From Azolla caroliniana (Eukaryota > Plantae > Polypodiophyta), in NCBI GenBank assembly GCA_043228905.1, contig JBHGNT010000010.1, positions 15,066,001 through 15,130,000 on the forward strand: a DNA stretch of 64,000 nt, read 5' to 3'. The position numbers and the translations under genes are program-made. Positions 31,608 through 42,747 of this stretch are shown here, piece after piece (position 1 is the first letter of the stretch; each line of letters starts with the position of its first letter). The notes beneath the pieces were generated by a model. That model searched no databases, was not told where the DNA came from, and saw nothing but the letters and a program-made list of their open reading frames with translations.

Positions 31608-34600
31608 TCAGCTAGAAGTACCAGAGACCCGATTGATGAAATCTTCTAGACTACTAAAAAGGTTACCAACTGTAAGCTCAGGGGCACCTTGATTGTCACC
31701 ATTAATCCTCATACCTTGTTCTTCATCCTTTATGTAGCATCCTACAAAGAAGGTTAAACTTGGGTGAACTAGGAATCAATCACTACATAGATGAATCGAT
31801 CCATCCAAACTATGAAAAATAAGGAAAAACACTAAAATACCTCCAAGTTTTCTTTATTTTCCCAAATACCCCCACGTTTTCTTTATTTCCCCAAAATTCA
31901 CCGTAAGAAAAAATGGTGATCAAAATTTGTTTTCTACTGAAGAAAAATGGAAATGTCATCACAATATAGAGCTCACCCGCTTCCTTGAATGTGACGAGGA
32001 TTTGCTTCCGAAGGTCAATCACGACTGGCAAATATGCTTCCTCGTCAATCTCTAAGTGCCTCACAGAATCTAGAATAGAAGTGACCATGTGATTTGCTTC
32101 ACATTTTCTAGATCCAACACTTGTTTTGATCTCGCCATTTTCCAGTCGTACTGGCTTATTGAATATATTATCTTGCCTGGCTAAATCCAGCGCATCCATT
32201 TCCTATACATGAAAGTTATATTATAATTAGACCTTGTCCAAATAAATTTGAAAATTCGAAAAAATCCTGAGTTCTTTATTTCCCCAAAATTCAAATGCCC
32301 ATACATTTTTGTTCCCCTTGGCCAGACCCCTCTCGACCAATTATGAGCTATACGAGCGATCTGGTGGTCAACTCCTCCACCACCTTTCTCTCTTTTGAGG
32401 GTGGACAATCATGGGCATTTGGAGAAATAACAAAAACAGAGAGCATGCAGAGGAAATAAAGAAAAAATCAGGGGTACTTCAGAATTTCTCCTTTGGAAAA
32501 CAAGTTTTACAACAGCATAAATTAATACCTTAACAAGTTCTTGGATATGCTTAAAAAGCTCCACATTCTTGCATTGTCTGTCGATAATTGTCGGCAAGAC
32601 ATTGGCAATGTTGTCAACATTAAGCAATTCTTGCACATTCCCAAAAGCTTTGATCTCAACCCATGGCCTATAATTGCTGCTAGCTTTGCTACGTTTTGCA
32701 TAATGAGTCCTTGAGATGTTCCTCAAATTTGAAGCTCTGCTTTTTCTTGTTCGCTGTATACATAAAACAACTTTTTCCATAATTCAAATTTCCTACATTG
32801 AAAAAAGTAATTGTTTCATAATGTTTTCATACTATATTCCTGAAAATTTCTTAGTAAGTAGCATACTAAAACATCATATGCCTTGAATTGCTCTTTCTGA
32901 AGATAGGCTAGTTTGCGCAGATCCATGGAAAAAGTGACTTCCATTTGCAACCACATAAAAGAAAATATAAATAACAGTTGTTTTTAGTTAGTATCCCCCT
33001 TCTCCTTGAGGGTTATTTTTGCAGTTTCCCCCATGGAAACAGAAAAATGCAACCAATGAACTGTATGCCAGATCATACTATACTATGAATCATGGCAATC
33101 AGTACTGAAGAACGACCTGCAAAACTCTGAAGCTAAGGAGTATCCTACATTCAAATTTAAAATGATAATGGCAGTTAATGGTTGGTATCCTGCTTCTTTA
33201 GCATTATTCTTTGGAGTGTCCCCCATGGAAACAGAAAAATCCTACCAATTGTCATAAATTTTATTATCTTCTGAACAATGAAAGGTGGTTAAAATGTTTT
33301 AAGCACTTTAAAGTGTTGGCCAGAGATTCATTGCATATTCTTTCTTTTATTTTCAAAATTAACATAGAGATACATACAACAACTTACATTCATATTTGTA
33401 TTTTTGGGTAATGATTCTGATTCAGGTTCCTTTGTATTGTCTTTAATGTCCTCAGTTTCATAGTAAGCTAACTGACTAGACTCTAAATCTTTCATGGAAT
33501 ATGATTCTTGGGTAGCCCATCCCTCCATTGACAACCATTGTGAATAAATATTCTTGTAATCAACCATGTCCAGAAGATCTTTCTTGCATGGAAAGTAATG
33601 AACCATCTTAAAAGTGATGTAAAACTTCCATGCTTAGAGTGTATGATTTTTTATTATGAAGCAAGCTTTCAGATCATTCTCCACATTACTTTAATATTCT
33701 TCAAGAAAGATGCAATCTATGATAAGAAATCAAGATGTGGAGAACACCTACCTGATATTGCATCTTGGTACTCGCTTCTGTCAGCATACATAGCATTCAT
33801 GTCTGTAATACATTGTTGGATATCTTCCTCCCATTCATTGAGTTCAGTGTTCAACTTTTTGTAAACATTAGTGTAGAAATCTTGTTCCCGCTTAAGCTGA
33901 GATATTTTACTCTTCAACACTTTCATGTCTCCTTTAACAATATTTGTATCTTCAATTGCCTACATAAAAGTAAAACAGTGCGTCAAATCCTCTCTCTTTT
34001 GTTCTCACCTTGTTTAAAAGAGTTCATCATTGTTATTTGGTGGTTCTGTATAGTTCTTATTTCCAACATAAGCAGATATCTCTCAGAGATCATTTGGGAT
34101 CAACAAACAAGAAAAATATTCTATTGCCACATATGATGATGATATGCATACCAAACACTCTTTAGTATCTCAATACAGCATTCTCTATATATGCAGTATT
34201 TTCTCATTGAAATTTGGCTTATTTGGAAATGAAATTATTCACAATCATCAGATCAATGCCATTATGATTACTATAACTAAGATTGATAAGAATAAATGGG
34301 TTGAAATTCCTATTTTCAAATACTACGATATTATAATTTGGCTTATGTTGATCATTCTTTTATACCTTCTGAAGTTTATTCTCATTTTGTTGGATCTGAA
34401 TCTGGGTTGTTATGTGTTTTTTCCAACCAGCCATGTACCCACCTGTTCTCCTCTTTGAATCCAACTCTTTTGAATTTGAATCACGTATTTTAGCATCTAA
34501 ATAATTTACTCTTTTTGTCTCCACCTCAATGAGCCCAGTATATTTCTTTGATTCATCCATAAGTTTATCCATTTGCTTCCGATAATCCTGTTGATAATAA

Positions 34601-37215
34601 GAACTTACAATTTCTAAAAAAATTTGCCTCTCATGTGTAATTGGGCAAATTGTCCCTCTAGTTTACATAATTACGAAACTGCCACAATATAACTATTTTT
34701 TATCATTTAATTTAAGCAACTAATCAGACAAATTACGCTTTTAGGCTCAAAACAAATTGGTCATAACCTTGTAACCTACCAAAAAGCTTGATTTTGGTAA
34801 AGTTGAATGGCATTTTGGAAATTTGGTAAAAATTGAGTGGACATATATTAATTAGTTTGGAAAAGTTGAGTGGCAATAATTTAGGAACTACAGGTTTTTG
34901 ATCGTTTGCCTAAAAACAGTTTTAGTTACACCTTGTTCTATGGAAATTATGTGTACCTTAATTTCATATGTGTCAACAATCTCTTGGAGAGCAGAATTGT
35001 CAGATGTCAAATTGTCCAGACATGCTTGTTGGCGTCGCATCAAACCTTCAACTTCGATATGGTAAAACCTTTTCTTCTTTTCCAACTTTCTATAAGCTTG
35101 ATGCATGGACTGCAACTGCTTAAGAAAAATCATACATGTTAGATACGTTCCATAATAAAGTATGAAAAACTAGAAGGTTTTATCTACAAAATGGAACACC
35201 ACGTGTTAGGTACATTTCATGATGAGGTATCATAGTCGAAAATCTATGCAGAAGCATGAGCAGATTCAGCACACAAAGGACTAGTAAGATATGTTGAAAA
35301 GATACAATGAAAATATGATAGTAATAATATCTGGTAGAATGCCAATGTAGATTAACGGTAGCCTGCCCTCTGTGGAGTTCAGGGTTCTAAATTACTTATA
35401 CCTTTATAAGATCATCATATTGATTCCAAAAGACTAAGGTTATCATTCCTAGAAAAATAGAAGGCTGTAATACTAATGGCTCTACCAGGTGTAGATCTCT
35501 TTAAGAACAGCGGCTCATATAGGGGAATAGCCAAAAACACAAGTAAAAACTGCCTAAGGTAAAGTAGCTAGACCAATGAGGGTAATACACACAGACTCTC
35601 TCTATCTCTAAAAATAGTTTTAGACCATTGGTATGAGGATCCTCACGTAAAAGATGTCCTCATCATCTTACCTCTGACAGATATTGATGGTATCAGGTTC
35701 ATTGGATGTCAATACACATCATCTATGTTGTATACTCCCTGGATGTTGTTCCTGACAGCATTTCCGCTACATTATATTAGAGTACTTGTTCCTCACCTCT
35801 AAGGTTTTCACTAATACATTTTTCTATTGGTGAACAATCCAATTCAATAGATGAGATTTGTGCAACATTAGATGTGATGAATATAAAACATCTGTGAAAA
35901 GTACGCAATATGACATATGGCTTGACTATGTTACAATGGTCAGACATTTCACTGTAACAAATATCCCAGAGAGGAGACCACCCAAAGACATGATACATTT
36001 CTCTGAACCAATGCCTAGCCACTAAAAAGAGACATTGATTTCTGAAGAAAACCTTGAGATCATGTTAGAACCTAAAACTCTCAGTGATAGGTTTACTCTC
36101 TCCATTGTTGGGTTCTTATTATAAAACGTCCAAAACCATGTTTTTTTTATCTCCCAACCCTAGATTGCCATTAAAATGAAATGTACCTTCATCAAGAATA
36201 TCTGGAGGTTTTGGCCGAACTAAAACCCTCGGTTAACAGATAAACGTAATTATTGTAAAACAAACCTATTCCACCGAAAAACATCATTTTATCGCATAAC
36301 AAACTTTGCTTTTTTTGCTTAGAATATCATAAGAATGTGGGAAAACTTAAACCCCCATACACATGTAAATCACAAGGGTTTCCACAGATCACGTACTATT
36401 TTAAATTTTATTCTACCCAACAAAATGAATATTTTATCTACTAACTGTAGCCTCAGTAATCCACAAGGAGTTTTTCTATGGACCATACAATTTTTTCTTT
36501 ATAAGAAAAACGCAAAATTCTTAACTAGTGAATAAAATCATGAGAGGTTCCATACACACACATATATACATACAAGTAACAAGACTATAAGGAGAACATA
36601 CAATAGGTTTAAACATAATCCATCTGATAGATAATACAATACAAAGAGAGTAAGGAGAACATAAAACACAAAGAACAACAACAATGATAATAACAAGAGG
36701 TAAACACCAAAATACCCCTAGCTTGTTAGGGATTTAGCAGAATACCCTTATGTTTCTAGAATTCCCTTATGCTAAGGTATTCACGAAAATATCACTGCAT
36801 GCTGGATGTTTATCAGAATACTCCTTGGTTTCTGAAATTTACCACATTACCGTCTGTACAGTTCAAGGTTTGCAGCTACGTGGGGGATTCTGGAAATTTT
36901 TTGAAACATAGGGGTAATATTGTAGATTTTTAAGACTTAAAGTGTTTCTGTACAAAAGCTGCTACTATGGAGGAGTATTTCGGTAAATTCCCACAATAAA
37001 TTAGGAGTAATGTGGGTTGTTTTTTCCCTAATAACTAAAATAGAAAGAGAATAATGGCATTAACCAGAAACAGAAACATAAAGAAAGGAGAGATTTTAGA
37101 GACTTACTCTGGCTGCATTTTTGTGTTGTTTCAAAGAAGAAAGATCATCAAGGGAAAGATGATCTTCCGATAATTCTTGGTCGAGAGAATCGATAAGTGT
37201 CAGTTCTTCTTCCAT
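31608..37215 (-). CDS. Outer dynein arm docking complex subunit DC2 (ODA1/CCDC114/CCDC63)-like coiled-coil protein; clear exons 37215-37108, ~35118-34957, 34587-34366, 33959-33752, ~33578-33390, 32753-32529, 32202-31977, 31741-31608 (small additional exons possible)
   Basis: The spliced product shows family landmarks in order: YRKLEKKKRFY..RRQQACLDNLTSDN; KRRTGGYMAG..IQIQQNENKLQK|AIE..LKSKISQLKREQDFYTNVYKKLNTEL..CITDMNAMYADR; AFGNVQELLNVDNIANVL..KNVELFKHIQELVK|EMD; GC..LTVGNLFSSL. Recognised from memory of Chlamydomonas DC2, not by search. Confidence 0.7.
36697..36992. mobile_element. Mutator-like MITE in the first intron of the DC2-like gene
   Basis: Termini gaggtaaacaccaaaatacccc and ggagtatttcggtaaattccc are imperfect inverted repeats. 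Internal subrepeats of the form ttac..aataccc. Confidence 0.5.
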
Positions 37216-39701
37216 CTTCTGATTCTGATTCTTCTTCGTTTTGAGTTGTTTTGATCGATCTAGCGGAGTCACGAAGAAGAAGAAGAAGAAGAAGAAGAAG
37301 AAATATCGGTAGCCCTGTTATGTTCACTTGACAATATTTTAATTTTAATTTAAATAAATAAATAAATAAATATCTATTTTATTTGTTTATTTCGTTAGGG
37401 CCTAATTATGAAAATACCCCTCTTTATTTTCATGATTTCTGAGCATACCCTTTGATACTTCAAGAAATGGTTTAGAATGCCCTCACAAACTCAAGAAACT
37501 CCCCCATTTGGTGAGGCAGATGAGCTTATGTGTTATGGCCATTACCATAATTTTATCCCGTGGTAAGTTGTACAAGAGTAAGGATAAAGTATGGTCATGC
37601 CCGTAACATTCTGGTACACCACTTCCGACATTGTTCTATCACCCGTAACATGTATTCGAGCACCACCGTTCTTTGGATCGAAGCATCGCCTCCACCAGTT
37701 GTTTCAGAGCACCAATCTTACATCTATACGAGATTTTTCAACGTATTTACCTTTTCTTTCGCTAAGGAAATTTGTGTGTTTGATCAAGAGTTCATGTGAT
37801 CGACTGATGTTATTGTCGTGGTCGACAATGCTGCTTGTCATTGATCAATCAGGATTCAAATGATGTAGTCTTCACTAGTCAACATAAGGTGGCAAACAAA
37901 CCAGTGTAATAGGGGTGTAATAGTGATAGTCACTAGTCAACACAAGGTGGCAAGTAGTTTATGTCGGGTGCGACTGTACATGTAGTTAGACTTTGTTAGG
38001 TATAAATTGATTATTATTAGATTTAGTTAATACATAACGAACATCAATAGATAACATCACTTGAGACCACAGAGTTGGATGTCAAAAGATTAAATGTGCC
38101 CCAAATTTGGTGACAAATAGTTTGATTAGTTATGAGTATTACAATGGCACAACATCGGTTGAAGGTAATAGTGGTCGATTAGAAGTGCAGCGCTATTAAT
38201 GTTTTTTTTTTTCCCAAAAAAACACTACTTCACATTAGTTAGCAAATAGAATACAATAGAGTTTACCCAAATCCACAATGGGATCAACATATACAACTTG
38301 GAGGAACAACTCCAAAACTATCAAACAAAAACTCAACCGATCGTTAACTCAAACAAAACTGAAATAAACCCTATTAATGTTATATTGTGCACTACCAAAT
38401 TAATGTGGTAGTGTACACAATTAATACTCGAAGCATAGTATGTAAAATTTGTGTTCGTCTAGCATAACATTCGTTTTCCTACGTTGGAAAACGAATCCGA
38501 ATGTTATTCAAACATTCTTGTGTTTTTTTTTCCCTTTTTTAAAGTTTTTTTTTGTTTTTTTAGGTTTATTTACCTCATAATAAATAGTTAATCCAAAAGT
38601 ATGGTATTTGCCATACTCAAATGATTGAAACATGCTCAAATGCGAATGTGAATGCACGTATGGTTCATGCTATGACTTGAAGGGTGATAAGGTGTACACT
38701 ACTAAATTGTGTATATGTATTATAATATACATAAATTAGTAACTTATTGGTTAAAGTTGTGACATACATAATTAAGGTCTTAGATTGAAGTCCCTATGTA
38801 ATCATCTTCTAATGATAATATATGTACTTTACATAACACTATCCCATTCCTTTGGTGATGAATTCCACGAGTCATAAGATGGGACTTGGCTTGTTGGGAT
38901 ATTGGTGATGAAATTTGGTTACCAACAACATGTTTGGACCTATACTACATGTTCACCACTTGGCATTCGTGCAAGCATGCCATTTGATAATCATGGATTA
39001 ACCTTATGAGGTTTGTTACCCGGTGGGACAAGCAGGACAAGTGGGACAAGTGTGAAACGTAGCAAAAGTAGTTGAGCACTAACAACCGAATAAGGAAGCC
39101 GAATGTCCAGGAAGGAGTAGGTGGAAAACGCCAAGCAGAAGGGAAGCTATGTATATCGAGGAGAAATAAACAAAAGAGGGAGGAATTAGAGCAGACTAAG
39201 CCTAGGTCTAGACTAGAAAGAGTGAGTGAGTGTTTATTGATTTTATTCAGTACTTGTATCTGTAATTGTATGCTACAGGGTCGAAGCATGCTACGGTGTA
39301 CCAAAAAAGTATTGTTTTTGGCCAAGAAAAACACGAGTACTTTTAGTACTTTTAGTACTAAGTAATTATAAAAAAGCTTTTAAAAAAATCGAAAAATTTT
39401 ATAGTCATTTTAGGGAGTGGGGCGGGGGTAGTACACGTTGCATTTAATGAGGGGAGACAGTTGTTGCGTATTTTGGAGTCAGGACTGATTTGGGGGCTAT
39501 TTCCCCCTCGCTTTTAATTTAGCACGCCACATTAATTGAATTTGGTGCTTCTCACCATTTTGGCGCATCCCCTTCCTCCTTCCAACCGAGCCCGTCTCAG
39601 ATTCACTGTTTGTCGTTCTCTGCATCTCAAGTATTCACATCACGGGAATGTCCCCAAGATTTGGGATCTTGCCATTCCTTATCTACGAATCAAACCTACG
39701 T

Positions 39702-40870
39702 TGTTGTGAAGATTCTGGGCCATGGTGAGAAACCGGGGAATATCGGAAGAATCAGCGGAGTGCATCGTGTGCAGTCACCCTTGTTAAAACGTGTGAATAA
39801 TAGGGGTGCCTTAATGGCGCCGAGTAGGAGTTAATTTGGGACAGAGAATCCCTTGTAAGTCGGGATTTATCCCACATAGTCACGCGACCCTCACCTTGTT
39901 CTATAAAAGGGAGGGTGCACCCCTTGTAAAAGGGTTCCTCATTTTTGAGATTTCATAGGTTCCATTTTTGGTGTTAAAAACTTCTGTGCATAACATCTTT
40001 TCTGTCTTCTCTTCATCTTGGTGTGCGTGTTGTCTCTATTCTCTGTTAGGGTTTCATCTTGGTGTGTGCGTTGTCTCTATTCTCTTTTAGGGTTTCAATG
40101 TCATCTGTGTGCGTGCGTAGGTGGCGTGTTTAGTTGTGGCGGGCAACGTGCGGACTGTCTGTGCCTTCCTTGAGTTCTTTCTTATTGGTTCTTAGTACTC
40201 CACGTCCGGTACGTCTGTGTGTGTGGGTGTTGGCTTCCGTCGCTTGTGAAGAGCCCCCACGCTAGGTGGTTCGTTGGCAGGTTTCCCTCCTTGACGCGCA
40301 AGACCCAACTCGGTTCAGCGAGCCCGTGCGCTCCCCTGAAGACGGCTTGGCGATAGGAGGTGGTCGTTCTGGAAGAGGCGTGCCCTACACGAGGGTCCCG
40401 TCGCGCGAACGAGCCTGAGAGGTCCCCGAACGGCCATAGGATGCAAGCTCCCTCTTCCTCTCCGTCTGGAACTGGCGTCGCAGTGACCGTCGCGTGTGTA
40501 TGTGTGGGTGTGTCTTTGGATAGCGTAGGGTCCAAGAGCGGGTGCGTGCGTGGTCGCCAGTGTAGAGGTGCCGGTTGTAACCGGGTGTGTATATGTGCGT
40601 GTGTGTGCGCGCGGGCGTGGTTAACCGAGCCGTGTCACGTGCCTCTTTTGGGTCCCTTGTACATACGGGCGGAAGGGGCGACAATGATGAGGGTGCGCTC
40701 CCTCACTTCCCGTGTGGCTACCGGTCGCGTCCGGAGAGTATCCGGGATCGAATCGGCCGGCAACGCGGCAAGCTTCGGAGGATTCAGGTTCCTAGCAACT
40801 CCTCCCCTCTTGGTCCATGACCCCGGTGGACCCGCCTGGATCCGACATGCAAGCGCGGATTACCGCAACA
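39702..40870 (+). mobile_element. Solo LTR (1169 bp) flanked by a 4-bp ACGT duplication
   Basis: TGTTGTGAAG..CCGCAACA, with ACGT at 39698-39701 and 40871-40874. The 5' ~250 bp is homologous to the LTRs at 60311-61100 and 61432-62184. TATA-like ctataaaagg at 39901. Confidence 0.8.
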
Positions 40871-41274
40871 ACGTGAAAATGATTAAGCGTCCTTTGTGTC
40901 ACACATCTTAGCCATCTTCGCCTTTCGTCGGTATGTCTTCTCCTTCCCTCGATATGTCGTCTCCTTCCCTCGGTATATCTTTAGAACTGTTTTTTAAGCG
41001 TTGGTTATTTTAGAACTGTTTTTTAAGCTTTAATATTTATTGTTTATCCTTTCAAATGGAAACTTTAAGATTTATTTATGCTGAAAAGATTATGTCTTCA
41101 TCATCATCATGATTATTATTGTCATTATCATCTCCATCTACTGGTTCATTGTTACCATATTATGTTGAGCATATTGTTATTTGTACTATTTCTCGATCTT
41201 AATAGAATGATAATCTTCTGCCAATGATGTTAGGCACATGTGGATAACACCTAAAACTTGACTTTATATTAGCC

Positions 41275-41802
41275 TATTGGTATGGTTGTCTTTCTTAGTA
41301 CTACATTGTTTTGTTAAAGGAATATATGTGTGTGGTATTATCGTACATGTTTATTCGAAAATAGGTTGATGTGGTTTGCATTGACGTATTAAGTACGTTT
41401 ATTCTACGATGTATTAAGAATTTATTTTGATTAATTAGGTACTGAAATACGTATTGGTATGGTTGTCTTTCTTAGTACTACATTGTTTTGTTAAAGGAAT
41501 ATATGTGTGTGGTATTATTGTACATGTTTATTCGAAAATAGGTTGATGTGGTTTGCATTGACGTATTAAGTACGTTTATTCTACGATGTATTAAGAATTT
41601 ATTTTGATTACTTAGGTACTGAAATACGTATTGGTATGGTTGTCTTTCTTAGTACTACATTGTTTTGTTAAAGGAATATATGTGTGTGGTATTATCGTAC
41701 ATGTTTATTTGAAAACAGGTTGATGTGGTTTGCATTGACGTATTAAGTACGTTTATTCTACGATGTATTAATAATTTATTTTGATTAATTAGGTACTGAA
41801 AT
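41275..41802. repeat. 177-bp tandem repeat, 3 copies
   Basis: tattggtatggttgtctttcttagtactac.. starts at 41275, 41452 and 41629. Confidence 0.95.
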
Positions 41803-41815
41803 AACAAGAAATTAG

Positions 41816-42551
41816 GTGTTGGAATACATGAGAGTGGCAATGGTAGATGTCAAGGAGAGTGAGTTGTCATGTAGCAATTCTATGTTTGAGAGGAGCAAGA
41901 GACGGGTGGTTCTTCACATAGTTCACTATTTACTAGAAGTAATTGAGAGATTTACCAAGGAAAATCGTAGGGATATTATCTCTAGAGTGTTACACCATCA
42001 ACTTTTGAATGAGTGCATGGAGAATATTAAGTTTAGGGACCAATGTGTTTCAGAGGAGATTGTAGAGTCTATGAAGTCATCGCTACACTTAGTGAAAGGG
42101 GTAGAGAGCATAGATAAGCTTGGTGCAAAGAGAGCATCCCTTCACATGGTTGTAAATGGTACAAGAAAAAAAAAATAGTGATACTAAAGTTGCCTTAGCC
42201 CTTGGTATTCAAAGAAGAAACTTGAGGAAGCATCAGACAAATATACAGTCAAATAAATTTAAGTGGTTGGGGTTAGGCCGTAGACGACGATGGGATGCCT
42301 TGTCTCATGAGATTATTGAGAAAGTGGATTCCTTTTGGACAAAAAACACTCGTGTCTCACCAAATAAAAAAGATGTATGTAGACAACGTATAAGTCTGGG
42401 TAGGTACCAGATTCACCCAAGACACTTCTTGGAGATGACTGAGGTAATTCTTTTGTTTTTATCTATTTGTTTCTGAATTTTTTTATTTATTAAAGGATTC
42501 TATTAACGTTTGTTATTTATTGAGTGATGTAGGAGGAATTGTTTCTTTTAT
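41816..42551 (+). pseudogene. N-terminal part of a Sola2-like DNA transposase (frameshift in A-run ~42167-42175; intron 42444-42532)
   Basis: RRRRWDAL..VDSFWTKNTRVSPNKKDV..RHFLEMTE|EELFL resembles the V..F....SR..P.KKD motif that lies upstream of DF[AS]ENY-type catalytic domains. Same strand as the catalytic part at 53627. Confidence 0.6.
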
Positions 42552-42747
42552 TGTGTTGTCAGGAGTAATCCTGAAACTTCTAGAATGTTCTAGAGAAATC
42601 TGGAATATACATTACTTTCTTATAATAAAACATAAATGAAAATAATATCCTATGAATTACAATAGATGGTGTGATGGTTAAGAGCTCGACCCATATACCA
42701 TAAGGTTATGGGTTCGAGTCTTGCCATATCATGACACTATCTCCCCC

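Noticed and set aside
35671-35770. Candidate exon of the DC2-like gene with a strong GTAAG donor
   Set aside because: All three frames contain stops shortly upstream of the donor.
38735-38800. tRNA/SINE-head-like segment
   Set aside because: The A and B boxes are too degenerate, and no tail or TSD is identifiable.
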